Positions 1-9,548 of a stretch of DNA of 39,122 nucleotides are shown here, piece by piece. The stretch is from Candidatus Barnesiella excrementipullorum. GTDB taxonomy: Bacteria > Bacteroidota > Bacteroidia > Bacteroidales > Barnesiellaceae_A. The stretch is taken from the NCBI GenBank assembly GCA_019114665.1, contig DXFB01000160.1, positions 1 to 39,122 on the forward strand. The letters are read 5' to 3'. Every line of letters starts with the position of its first letter. The stretch's first letter is position 1. Below the pieces are notes generated by a model that saw nothing but the letters and a program-made list of their open reading frames with translations, did no database searches and had not been told where the DNA came from. The translations under genes were made by a program, and so were the position numbers.

Positions 1-687
1 ATAGCACAAGCCATCGAGGCGTTTATGACTGTCCATGCCGACGACACACCGTCGATGTGCGAGGAGGCTGCCGCCCGAGAGGCCGCCGCCATAGATGCCG
101 ACGAGCTGCTCCGTTACGTCGAGGTGGCCGAGAGAATACTCTACACCCCATCATGCGACAGCCGGCAACGAGCCGTATACCGAGCCCTGATAAGACAATT
201 ATTGCAGAACGGAGGCGACGAGTTGGCCTTATTGCGCTACCGCTACCAGTACGAAATGCTCACCCGCAACAACGAAGGGGAAGTGGCCGACGATTTTGCT
301 TTTACCGACATCAACGGCAACGACCGACAACTATCGCACATTCAAGCCGACTACACGTTACTGATATTCAACGACCCCGACTGCGAGGAGTGCGCCATGC
401 TGCGCCGCTCCATCCTCTCCGACCAGACTCTTTCCGCAGCCATAACCGATGGGCGATTGCAAGTGATAGCCATATTCCCCGACTTGCCCACCCCCGAGTG
501 GGCTGAACAGATGCACCACTACCCGACCTCCTGGATAAAAGGCTACTCAGAAGATGTATCGGACCTATACGACGTACGGCAACTCCCGGCAACATACCTT
601 CTGGACGCCCGCCACACCATCTTGTCGCGCAATGCCGCCGTTACAGAGATGGCCGCTCTCATCACGGCAAACCACCTTCCCCAATAA
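1..687 (+). CDS. thioredoxin-fold (TlpA/DUF5106-like) protein, 5' end outside window
   Basis: Frame 1 is open from base 1 through the listed ATG at 25 to TAA at 685-687. A CxxC pair sits in 'LLIFNDPDCEECAML', followed by 'VIAIFPD' and 'QLPATYLLD'. This layout is typical of periplasmic thiol-disulfide oxidoreductase-like proteins. The family call is from motif layout only. Confidence 0.6.
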   Translation: MAQAIEAFMTVHADDTPSMCEEAAAREAAAIDADELLRYVEVAERILYTPSCDSRQRAVYRALIRQLLQNGGDELALLRYRYQYEMLTRNNEGEVADDFAFTDINGNDRQLSHIQADYTLLIFNDPDCEECAMLRRSILSDQTLSAAITDGRLQVIAIFPDLPTPEWAEQMHHYPTSWIKGYSEDVSDLYDVRQLPATYLLDARHTILSRNAAVTEMAALITANHLPQ

Positions 688-734
688 ACGCTGCCGTTCC
701 AGGCTGAAACAGACCGCCTACGCCATCATAGGAA

Positions 735-770
735 AGGGGAGAAAATGCTTTTACAAGCATTTTCTCCCCT
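735..770. terminator. bidirectional intrinsic terminator between convergent genes
   Basis: Perfect 16-bp inverted repeat AGGGGAGAAAATGCTT / AAGCATTTTCTCCCCT with a 4-nt loop (TTAC). It lies between the stop at 687 (+) and the stop at 811 (-). Confidence 0.75.
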
Positions 771-810
771 AGTCTCCAAACGGATCTGCCACGAATTCAA
801 CACTACATTA

Positions 811-2748
811 TTATTTCTCCATCGTATTGACAACAAAATTGCGTATGATACACTCCGTGCGGCCGGCATTGCCCTTGGCCACGCGCAGACGCAACCGATG
901 CGGCTTGTTTTCGAGCTCGGTCTCAAACATATAGACCCAGGGCAGGTAAAGCCAGCTACTCCACTCGGTGTACGTATCCATTCTCTTATAAGGAGCCCCG
1001 TCGACACTATATTCGAGAGTGGCGGCATGAGGCCCTGCTACACAGAAGATACCCACAGCTGTACCCGTAAAATCGAAAGTGAGGACTTTACCGGGCTTAT
1101 CGGCAACCAGCATGGGCACATCTACAAATCCGGGACGTGTTTGCACCGCACTATCGGGTTGCCACGCCTCTATATAACTCCAACCGTTGCGATACTCGGC
1201 CCGACGTATATCTACGAAGCGGCCGTTGCAGTAGCTATAATCGTCGAGTTTGTCGGCAGGCAGGGCATGCGCCTTCAAGGTATCGCCGGGTGCGCAGCTC
1301 CACATCTCGTCGAAGAGCGAGGCTATCGCCGCGGCATAATACTTATGCCCCATCATGTGGGGATGCGTACCGCCGAACTCTTCCCACGTAAACTCACCGG
1401 CAGCCATGCGGTCGGCTATCTCATGCGCCAAGTCGATAGAAGGGATGGCATAGTGGTTTGCCACCCGTTCGTGATTGAGAATCACATCGGGTATCCGGCC
1501 TTCGGCATAATCTTCTATAAAGGGGTCGTAGATAAAATGCAGCATGATAATATCTACCTCGGGACAAGCCTCACGGGCATGACGCACCTCGCCCTCCATA
1601 CCCCGTACCTGCTCTATGTAGTCGAAGTGGTTGGTATCATCGTTCACCGCCGCCTCGACAAAAAGCAAGTCTATCTCGCCTTTCGACAAAACATCATTCT
1701 CTATACGAAAAGCACCGGGGGTGGTACCGGTAGAGGGGATACCCGCACATACAAAATCAAATTCGGTATAGGGGAAACGCTGCCTCAGTTGCTGCATGAC
1801 AAGGTTGTGCCAGCCCTCCATCTCGGTGATAGAGCCGCCCAAGAAAGCAACCCGTGCCTTGCGGCGATATTGCATCTTATGGAACGAATTACTCAACGAA
1901 CCGCGGTAACGGATATAGTGTTTCTCCTTCTCTCCCGGCTGGTGGCGGAGTATGAAGTCGACAACAGGTTCGGGATTTTCGAGGCTGTGCGGATGATGCC
2001 CCACACCGGGTTTCAGGATAAGCTCAACGGGAGCACCCAGGTCGCTGTAACGGTCACGCCACACCTTCATATTCTCATCATACGGCACCTCGGTATCGCT
2101 ATCGCCACACACCGCCATGACAGGGATATGTGCAGCGGCCATCCGCTGCAAAAGGTCGGGACGGAAGGCGGCCAACCGCTCGCCTTCGGCATCGGTATCG
2201 TCAATCCCCCACAATCGCAGAGCGTCGTTCCACAGATCGGCACGCTGCCGGCCCGGCCAGCTCAACAGATTGCACACCGGGGCATCGACATATATACAGG
2301 CAACAGCCGAAGGATTCCGCGCCGCCCATTGAAGGACAAAGAAACCGCCCCGGCTAAACCCTTCGAGCGTCGTCTTCGGCGAAAGCCCGAGAGAATCTAC
2401 GGCAAACCGATAGAATTTGTCACCGGCAAGAAGGGCCGAGGGAGAGCCGTAACCGTGGGTAAGGTCATAATAGACCACATGAAAACCCTCTTGGAGCAAG
2501 GCCTTGTCTACCGCATCGAAGGCACCGAAAAACGCAGGCCGCCATATCCACGGTGAGCCGTCGGCCACACTGTCGGGTGTGACGACAATCGCCTCGCGAC
2601 CCTCAAAAACGAAATCGTGTCTGCCGGGCATAGATAGGCACGAGGCAACGTCACCTTGTACGGTGACGCTGCCTGCCAAACATCCTACTGAAAACCTAAT
2701 AACGACTGCCAACAGCAGTACGCACTTTAACCGTTTCATCAAACGCAT
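811..2748 (-). CDS. secreted two-domain carbohydrate esterase (alpha/beta-hydrolase + SGNH/GDSL hydrolase + C-terminal beta-rich domain)
   Basis: 645-aa ORF with ATG at 2748 (alternative ATG at 2739, 'MKRLKCVLLLAVV'). The hydrophobic signal peptide has a possible lipobox 'FSVGC'. The N-terminal half has the nucleophile elbow 'GFSRGG' plus 'CGDSD' and 'GVGHHPH'. The middle has SGNH block I 'VAFLGGSITE', block III 'VEAAVNDD' and block V-like 'GGTHPH'. It starts 16 nt downstream of GH97. Confidence 0.75.
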   Translation of the reverse strand: MRLMKRLKCVLLLAVVIRFSVGCLAGSVTVQGDVASCLSMPGRHDFVFEGREAIVVTPDSVADGSPWIWRPAFFGAFDAVDKALLQEGFHVVYYDLTHGYGSPSALLAGDKFYRFAVDSLGLSPKTTLEGFSRGGFFVLQWAARNPSAVACIYVDAPVCNLLSWPGRQRADLWNDALRLWGIDDTDAEGERLAAFRPDLLQRMAAAHIPVMAVCGDSDTEVPYDENMKVWRDRYSDLGAPVELILKPGVGHHPHSLENPEPVVDFILRHQPGEKEKHYIRYRGSLSNSFHKMQYRRKARVAFLGGSITEMEGWHNLVMQQLRQRFPYTEFDFVCAGIPSTGTTPGAFRIENDVLSKGEIDLLFVEAAVNDDTNHFDYIEQVRGMEGEVRHAREACPEVDIIMLHFIYDPFIEDYAEGRIPDVILNHERVANHYAIPSIDLAHEIADRMAAGEFTWEEFGGTHPHMMGHKYYAAAIASLFDEMWSCAPGDTLKAHALPADKLDDYSYCNGRFVDIRRAEYRNGWSYIEAWQPDSAVQTRPGFVDVPMLVADKPGKVLTFDFTGTAVGIFCVAGPHAATLEYSVDGAPYKRMDTYTEWSSWLYLPWVYMFETELENKPHRLRLRVAKGNAGRTECIIRNFVVNTMEK

Positions 2749-2764
2749 TATTACTGCCGAGATA

Positions 2765-4747
2765 TTATTTTATCGGGGTGAATACCATCACGAAACCACC
2801 GCCCTGCGCCATCTCCATAGAAATAGTTTCGCCGGCAGCATATCTCTTCACCTCCCGTTTATAACGCGAGGCATCGGTATCGCTTTTCTTCACATCCTTG
2901 AATATCTCCACTTCATACTCGGTACCTTGCGGCAGGAACGACAGGTCGAATACTACATTGCGACGTGTCCAATCGTTGATACCGCCTACATACCATTTTT
3001 CGCCCGATTGGCGAGCTACAACGGCATATTCGCCTACTTTTGCCAATAGCGGCACCGTCTTGTCCCATACCGTGGGAACAGCCGACAAGAACTTCAATAC
3101 ATCGGGATACTTACGGTAGGCATCGGGCGAATCGGCCAGCATGGCAAACGGCGACTCGATTAACAAATAGAGTGCCAGGTCGTGGCAACGTGTACCCAAT
3201 GTCGAGGGCAAACCGGGGTCGACGGGTTTGAATTTCTCCCGTGTCACATTGCGCATAGAGCCGGGGGTGTAATCGGTTCCGCCACCCAACATGCGGGTGA
3301 AGATAAACTGCAACTGATATACGGGATTGCTGGTAGTATCCCACTTGGCACATTCGGCTCCGCGCATGGCCTCATAGGTGAGGATGTTGGGATAAGCGCG
3401 ATGTAAACCTGTGGGCTTGCTGCATCCGTGGAAATCTACCATCAGATGCCGCTCGGCACAGGCACGTGCCAACTCTTCATACTCGGGCATTACATCGGCA
3501 TCGTCGCGGTCGAAGAAGTCTATTTTCACACCCGCGGCTCCCCATGCAGCGATAGAGTCGAGGTAAACATGCTTGTTCTGGAAGAGCGTAGCGGCAACCG
3601 TCCAGAGCCATACGCCAACGTTCTTCTCCTTACCATAACGGATAACCTCCTTAATATCTACATTCTTGTTGAGGTCGGCATGATTAAAGACATTGCTCCA
3701 TCCGGCATCTACCAGCAAGTATTCGATACCATTCTCGGCGGCAAAGTCGATGTAATATTTATACAACTCGGTAGAGAGATTCGAGTCATCGAAAGGTGCA
3801 TCTTCGAGAATATGGCAGTGCCACCACTCCCAAGTCGCTTTTCCGGGACGAATCCAGTCGGTATCGGCGATTTGCTGCGGTTTGGCCAAGAGATATATAA
3901 TCTCGTTGTTGAGCAACGTACGGTCGTCGTCGGTAACAATCACGATACGCCAAGGGAAGGCATGGTCTCCGGCCGTGCGGGCGATGTACGGCTCACGCTC
4001 CTTCACTACGGTGATGAAATTACCCCAGCTACCCATCTCTATGCGTTTGGGATAGGCAGCCCAGTGCCCTTGCATCTTGCCGTCGGTCTTGCGCAGGTAA
4101 AGGCCGGGATAGTCGTGCAGGTCGGCCTCGGCCACAACAACCTTATAATGTTGCATTTTGTTATCGAACAACATAGGCGTAATGCCATACACACCCTCTT
4201 TGATGTCCGAAACGCCGTCATAGAGTTTGTGGCTCAACTCCCACGAGGTGTAGTTGTTCGTCTCGGGCAGAATCACGCCGGGGTCATCGGCAAAATCAAA
4301 TACGGCCGTCTCATCGGCAATCACCAACGAATCGGCAGGGGCACGCTCGCCGAGGAAACGATATGCCGCACCCTCATTATAAAGGCGGAAACATACGGCA
4401 TAACCGCCATCGAAAGAGAGTGTCAGCTCATTGTAGCAATCGGCAATCTCTTTATTTTTACCGAAGAGCGGATATACTTTCCCGTTATGCTCTTTCTTGT
4501 CGACCGACAAAAGGTTCGATGTACCGTTCCATACCTCGCCGTTTTGCAACGAAAGGGCTATGGGAGATGCATTGACTACGGCATTGCCGTCATAACTGAT
4601 AGCATACGACAGCGACGGTGCGGTAGTAACATTCATCTGCAAACGACCGTCGGGCGATGTCAACTCGTACTCAGCCGCACGGATGCCGGTTAAAGAACCG
4701 GCAACCATGGCAGCTGCGAGTGTTGTTATAAACAACATATTTTTCAT
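2765..4747 (-). CDS. glycoside hydrolase family 97 (alpha-glucosidase/alpha-galactosidase type), signal peptide, no T9SS tail
   Basis: 660-aa ORF. GH97 hallmarks are 'FPWRIVIVTDDDRTLLNNEIIYLLAKP', 'GIEYLLVDAGW', 'GVKIDFFDRDD' and 'DFHGCSKPTGLHRAYPNILTYEAMRGAE'. The N-terminus 'MKNMLFITTLAAAMVAGSLTGIRAAE' looks like an SPI signal. Confidence 0.9.
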   Translation of the reverse strand: MKNMLFITTLAAAMVAGSLTGIRAAEYELTSPDGRLQMNVTTAPSLSYAISYDGNAVVNASPIALSLQNGEVWNGTSNLLSVDKKEHNGKVYPLFGKNKEIADCYNELTLSFDGGYAVCFRLYNEGAAYRFLGERAPADSLVIADETAVFDFADDPGVILPETNNYTSWELSHKLYDGVSDIKEGVYGITPMLFDNKMQHYKVVVAEADLHDYPGLYLRKTDGKMQGHWAAYPKRIEMGSWGNFITVVKEREPYIARTAGDHAFPWRIVIVTDDDRTLLNNEIIYLLAKPQQIADTDWIRPGKATWEWWHCHILEDAPFDDSNLSTELYKYYIDFAAENGIEYLLVDAGWSNVFNHADLNKNVDIKEVIRYGKEKNVGVWLWTVAATLFQNKHVYLDSIAAWGAAGVKIDFFDRDDADVMPEYEELARACAERHLMVDFHGCSKPTGLHRAYPNILTYEAMRGAECAKWDTTSNPVYQLQFIFTRMLGGGTDYTPGSMRNVTREKFKPVDPGLPSTLGTRCHDLALYLLIESPFAMLADSPDAYRKYPDVLKFLSAVPTVWDKTVPLLAKVGEYAVVARQSGEKWYVGGINDWTRRNVVFDLSFLPQGTEYEVEIFKDVKKSDTDASRYKREVKRYAAGETISMEMAQGGGFVMVFTPIK

Positions 4748-4776
4748 AGTGTGTGTAATTAAGAGATATTGGAAAT

Positions 4777-7700
4777 TTATACCATGTTTACTTGTGCTCC
4801 TTGATGGTTGATATCAAGTGCCAACACTTCCGAGAGGAAATGATGCGCCTTGTCCATCTCGCCCAAACCGCGATAGCCCAATCCCATCACATAGTTGCAA
4901 TGGATGCGGTTGCGTTTGTTCAGGTCATCGTCCCAGATAGCCAGGTCGGGCAACGAAACGGCAAAGTAGTCGATGCGGCAGTTATCGAAAAGGTGCTTCT
5001 CGCCATGCTTGATAAGTTTGTTGAAGCGGCCTCTTGCTTTCGCCTCATCGCCCAGCTCGCGCCAGGCAAGACCTTGGAAGAAAATCTTGTCGGGTTGCTG
5101 GTCGTTATAGAAGAATGCCTGTTGGGGCTCGTCGGAGCCTATCGTGGCAATGGTGAAGCAACGATTGGCTTCATCGATGTTACCCAGCCCCTTGTTGGCC
5201 AGACCTTTGTAATACCATATATCGTTCTCTTCGGCATTTTTCAGCTTGCCCTCTCCGAGGTTATGCGGATAGGCATCGGTAGCTTTCAGCAACTGCAAAG
5301 CCTCCTCATAGCGGGCATCGGCAATCGCCTGCTTGGCAAGCTCTACATGGCACAATACATACTGGCCTGTGATTTTGCCTTCACCGCCCTCCCACGGGTG
5401 GAACTTGCGTGCGGCAATCATGCGGCGGGCTTCTTCGTAACGACCCAGCTGATTATAAAGCGTGATGCGTTCGATAGACAAGTCGTCGCGCTCCTCCACT
5501 TGCTGCAAGTGTTTTTCGAGGAAAGCAAGACGATTCTCATAGGAGTAACCGAGCTTTTTGTAGAGCTGGTCAAGCTCCATAAGGATACGTGCATCGGTGG
5601 TGTCGAGCGCATAAGCCTTTTCGAGCAGAATGCGGGCACGCTCCTTGTCGTTGCGCTTATTGTAATAAGCCAGGGCCAGGTTACGCCATACGGTAGGGAA
5701 GGTATCGTCGATGCTGGTCGAAAGCTCCCAGCACTCGACAGCCTCATCGTAGCGGCGTGCAGCATACCAGAAGTTACCCAACGCATAGGCAGCCTTAGAG
5801 CAGTGTCCGGCATTGAGACGGATGGCATCTTGCAGGATGTTTACCTCCTCGATGCGGTTGGGGAAGCAATAGCGGTGGTCGCAGGCATCTCCCTTGCGAT
5901 AATACTCCAATGCCTTTGCTTCATCGCCTTTGAGCGAGTAGAAATAACCTACGGCATAAGCAACGATGGGATAAACGTCGGTAGTGTGCTGCATATAATC
6001 GCACAACAGGGCTATCGCCTCATCATAACAGCCGGCCGAAGCAAAGTCGAGGGCATACTCTATATATCCGTGTGCCCAGCCGCGCATCATGGCGCGCAAC
6101 TCGTCCATGTCAGCAGCATTTCCGCTGATAAGATATTTTTCATACCGGCAACCCATATTGAAACGGTCTATGGCCAATGAGTCGTCGATAAGGCGCAAGG
6201 CTTCGGCTGTACGGCCCAACTTGCGCAAGAGGGTTGCCTTCAACTGACGAGCCTTGTGGTTGTGCCAGTTGCGTATGAGAGAACGCTCTACCCATTCGAG
6301 TGCATTGGCATAGTTGCCGCGCAGGGTGTCTATCTGTGCAATACCATAGTAGGCAGCATCTTGCCAAGCGGCATTCCACGTAGCTTTGAAGAAGGCTTCA
6401 TAAGCCTCGTCATACTTGCGTTGCATGAGGCAGCACCAGCCCAAGTTGTAATAGGGCTCACCATCGTACGGGTTGGGGTTGCGCTCGGTGAGCGTAGCTA
6501 TGGCCGTACGGAAATGAGGCTCGGCAAGTGCAAAGCAGCCCTTGCGCATATACAACAAGCCCATAGCGTTATTGCAACGCACATCGCCGGGCTCGCGGCG
6601 CAATGCCTCGCTATAATAATCCATAGGATTGTATGTGGCATGACGATATTGTTCGAGGTGCAATCCGGTGAGATAGAGTTGCTCGATAGAGGCAATCTCG
6701 GCCGGGTCTTTGGCAGCCTTGGCAGGGTCGGGAATCGGTTTTATCTCGGGCTTGTCGGCACGATATTCCAACAAGAGCTTGCCATCGGGGCGATAAACCC
6801 GGGTGATAAGGTTGTCTGGCGTGATGCCGGGAGCCGAGAAATCGTCGAGATAAGGCGTACGGGGCGAGCATTCGATAGTCTTGTCTATGTATGTCTTGCC
6901 GGAGGCATCGGTTACCACAACGTGCAAATCTTTCTCTACGCCGGTGGTATAAAGGATGATTTTACCGGCACCCTCGGCATCGAGCTCAACATTCAGAATA
7001 GCATCTTTCGAGGCATTCTTCACATATCCCACTTCACTGTAAGGCATGAAGTATTGTACCCACGATTTCTCCTCATAAGGTTGCAACCAGGAGAAGTCGG
7101 GCTGATTATCGGTATATACACCGGTCATAAGCTCGATGTACGGCCCGTCTTCATCGGTAAGGTTACGGTCCCAAGCCTGTCCGAAGTCGCCGCAACCCCA
7201 TGTCCATTGTTTCTTGCCGGGCGATACGTGGTGGTTGGCCACATGCAACAAACCGCCCTTGACATCTTCCTCGTACCCGCCTACAAAGTCGAAGCGTGAC
7301 TTTATCGCCATATACGACGTCGGGACGGGGATATTCTTATACTTCGATATATCTACACCGGCCGAATAGTCCTGTTTATAATATACACCGGTAGCTATGG
7401 GGAACGACGATACGTCGCGCTTGCCATGGTCGAATACGGCATTCACATCCGGTGGGAACACCGAGTGGTAGTGGTCGTTGACTACAACAGCCGGGTTTGC
7501 CCACCACAAGAAGGTTTGCGGGAACGGCGTGCGGTTGTAGATTCTCACTTTTATTTCGATGTAGGCCTTATCGGGATGCAACGTAAAGCCCTGCATACCC
7601 TTGGTACGGAACATTCGCTCTACCTCGCTGCACCACACCGTAACACTGCCATCGGGATTGTTCTCGATAGAATAGTCGGTAGGCAGATAGGTCGACGGGC

Positions 7701-8115
7701 GGTGATGCTGAGGCCAGTTAAACTCAATTCCACCCGAAATCCACGGTCCGGTAAGCCCTACCAAAGCCGGCTTTACGACTTGATTGTAGTAAACGAAATG
7801 GCGTTTTTTCACCTTGTCGTACGCCATGTGGATGCGACCGCCCAACTCGGGCAAAATCATCACCTTGATATATTCGTTTTCGAGGAAAAAGGCGTTGTAG
7901 GCTTTCTCCTTCTTCTCATCATAAATTTTCTCTATAACAGGATAGGGATAAACAGAGCCACAACTGCCCTGATAAACCCGCTTTTCGAGAAAGATAGGAT
8001 TTTTCTCCTCTGCACCTATTTCATAGGTAGGCAGCACGATTTCTTCCTGCCAGGCACGCACCTCGCCGGGAGTATTTACCGTACTCTTGATTAAATATTC
8101 TGTTATCTTTTCCAT
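4777..8115 (-). CDS. DUF5107 domain protein with long C-terminal TPR array, predicted cytoplasmic
   Basis: 1112-aa ORF with no signal peptide or TM segment. The N-terminal ~450 aa carries DUF5107-type signatures: 'ELGGRIHMAYD', 'GGIEFNWPQHHRPST' and 'HVANHHVSPGKKQWTWG'. The remainder consists of repeated TPR-like helical hairpins, for example 'VWRNLALAYYNKRNDKERARILLEKAYAL' and 'IWYYKGLANKGLGNIDEANRCFTIA'. Confidence 0.85.
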   Translation of the reverse strand: MEKITEYLIKSTVNTPGEVRAWQEEIVLPTYEIGAEEKNPIFLEKRVYQGSCGSVYPYPVIEKIYDEKKEKAYNAFFLENEYIKVMILPELGGRIHMAYDKVKKRHFVYYNQVVKPALVGLTGPWISGGIEFNWPQHHRPSTYLPTDYSIENNPDGSVTVWCSEVERMFRTKGMQGFTLHPDKAYIEIKVRIYNRTPFPQTFLWWANPAVVVNDHYHSVFPPDVNAVFDHGKRDVSSFPIATGVYYKQDYSAGVDISKYKNIPVPTSYMAIKSRFDFVGGYEEDVKGGLLHVANHHVSPGKKQWTWGCGDFGQAWDRNLTDEDGPYIELMTGVYTDNQPDFSWLQPYEEKSWVQYFMPYSEVGYVKNASKDAILNVELDAEGAGKIILYTTGVEKDLHVVVTDASGKTYIDKTIECSPRTPYLDDFSAPGITPDNLITRVYRPDGKLLLEYRADKPEIKPIPDPAKAAKDPAEIASIEQLYLTGLHLEQYRHATYNPMDYYSEALRREPGDVRCNNAMGLLYMRKGCFALAEPHFRTAIATLTERNPNPYDGEPYYNLGWCCLMQRKYDEAYEAFFKATWNAAWQDAAYYGIAQIDTLRGNYANALEWVERSLIRNWHNHKARQLKATLLRKLGRTAEALRLIDDSLAIDRFNMGCRYEKYLISGNAADMDELRAMMRGWAHGYIEYALDFASAGCYDEAIALLCDYMQHTTDVYPIVAYAVGYFYSLKGDEAKALEYYRKGDACDHRYCFPNRIEEVNILQDAIRLNAGHCSKAAYALGNFWYAARRYDEAVECWELSTSIDDTFPTVWRNLALAYYNKRNDKERARILLEKAYALDTTDARILMELDQLYKKLGYSYENRLAFLEKHLQQVEERDDLSIERITLYNQLGRYEEARRMIAARKFHPWEGGEGKITGQYVLCHVELAKQAIADARYEEALQLLKATDAYPHNLGEGKLKNAEENDIWYYKGLANKGLGNIDEANRCFTIATIGSDEPQQAFFYNDQQPDKIFFQGLAWRELGDEAKARGRFNKLIKHGEKHLFDNCRIDYFAVSLPDLAIWDDDLNKRNRIHCNYVMGLGYRGLGEMDKAHHFLSEVLALDINHQGAQVNMV

Positions 8116-8133
8116 AGTGAATGATATGTGTGA

Positions 8134-9519
8134 TTATTTGATTAATTCCTTTTCCAATTCTTCGAGACTCTTTCCCTTCGTCTCGGGGAGCGTGCGCACG
8201 ATGAAGAGACCTCCTACCAGGCAAATAATGCCATAGAGCCAGAATGTCCACGCTGCGCCCAATCCGCTATTGAGTATCGGGAACGTATAGGTAAGTACAA
8301 AACAAGCTGCCCACAAAGCAAAGGTGCATACCGACATGGCTATACCGCGGATGCGGTTGGGGAATATCTCAGAAATAATTACCCACATGACCGTAGCAAG
8401 CGTCATGGCATAACATGCGATGGCAAGTACTACAATCACCAGCAGCAGCACACCGGTAAAGTGCATGTAATAGAACATACCCATCAGCGCATATATCGCC
8501 GCCAGGCCGAAAGCCCCTATCAGAGCAAGTTTCTTCCTTCCCCAGCGGTCGACGACAAACATGGCAATCACCGTGAAGACTACATTGGTAATGCCCGTCA
8601 CTACAATATTCATCAAGACATCCGAGATGCCGTACCCGGCCGACATGAAAATCTCTTGCGCATAGTTGAATATGACATTGATACCGCACCACTGCTGCAA
8701 AACGGCCATTACCACACCTATCAGCAACACCTTGCGCATAGAGGGGTGGAAAAGCTGACGGAAACCGCCTTGTCCCGTTTCCGAGGCAAGCGCAACCTTG
8801 ATGGCGTCCATCTCCTTAGCAGCTACCTCGGGGCCGGCAATGCGGGTAAAAATCTGCAAAGCCTTGTCGGTCTGTCCCACCGAGGCCAACCACCGGGGAC
8901 TCTCGGGCAAGAAGAATGCCAAAACGAAAAACAGCACCGACGGCACTATCATAGCCCAGAACATCCATCTCCAACCCATCTGTCCGTTCCACGAATAGAG
9001 TATCATCTCGGCCGTGGCACCTTCGGGCACCGGCTCGGCGATAAGCCAATTGACAATCTGAGCCGACAAGATACCCAGCACTACCGTAAGCTGGTTGATG
9101 GCAACAAACCTGCCGCGCATATGGGTAGGTGCTATCTCGGCGATATACATGGGCGACAGACTCGATGCGACACCGATAGCGAAACCGCCTATAAGACGAA
9201 AGATTGTAAACATAAGGAAGGTACTTGCAAATCCCGTACCCCATGCCGTACAAATAAACATGCCGGCCGCCAGAATAAGAATAGGCTTACGGCCAAACTT
9301 GTCACTGAAACGTCCGGCGGTAAGCGCTCCCACAAGACAACCTATAAGCGCGCTGCTCATAGCCCAGCCTTGCATGGAGGGATTGTCGGCAATACCGAAA
9401 AATTGTTCGTAAAACGGTTTCGCTCCTCCAATTACGACCCAGTCATAACCAAAGAGCAAACCACCCATAGCAGAAATAATAGCTATGCCAAAAAGGAATG
9501 CATTGGAATGTGTCTTCAT
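8134..9519 (-). CDS. MFS sugar porter family transporter (sugar/H+ symporter, XylE/GalP-like)
   Basis: 461-aa ORF. Sugar-porter signatures are 'GGLLFGYDWVVIGGA', 'GRFSDKFGRK', 'PESPRWL', 'VDRWGRKK' and 'PETKGKSLEELE'. The hydrophobicity pattern fits 12 TM segments. Confidence 0.9.
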   Translation of the reverse strand: MKTHSNAFLFGIAIISAMGGLLFGYDWVVIGGAKPFYEQFFGIADNPSMQGWAMSSALIGCLVGALTAGRFSDKFGRKPILILAAGMFICTAWGTGFASTFLMFTIFRLIGGFAIGVASSLSPMYIAEIAPTHMRGRFVAINQLTVVLGILSAQIVNWLIAEPVPEGATAEMILYSWNGQMGWRWMFWAMIVPSVLFFVLAFFLPESPRWLASVGQTDKALQIFTRIAGPEVAAKEMDAIKVALASETGQGGFRQLFHPSMRKVLLIGVVMAVLQQWCGINVIFNYAQEIFMSAGYGISDVLMNIVVTGITNVVFTVIAMFVVDRWGRKKLALIGAFGLAAIYALMGMFYYMHFTGVLLLVIVVLAIACYAMTLATVMWVIISEIFPNRIRGIAMSVCTFALWAACFVLTYTFPILNSGLGAAWTFWLYGIICLVGGLFIVRTLPETKGKSLEELEKELIK

Positions 9520-9548
9520 AGCTTGGTATTTTTAATCATTTTATGAAG

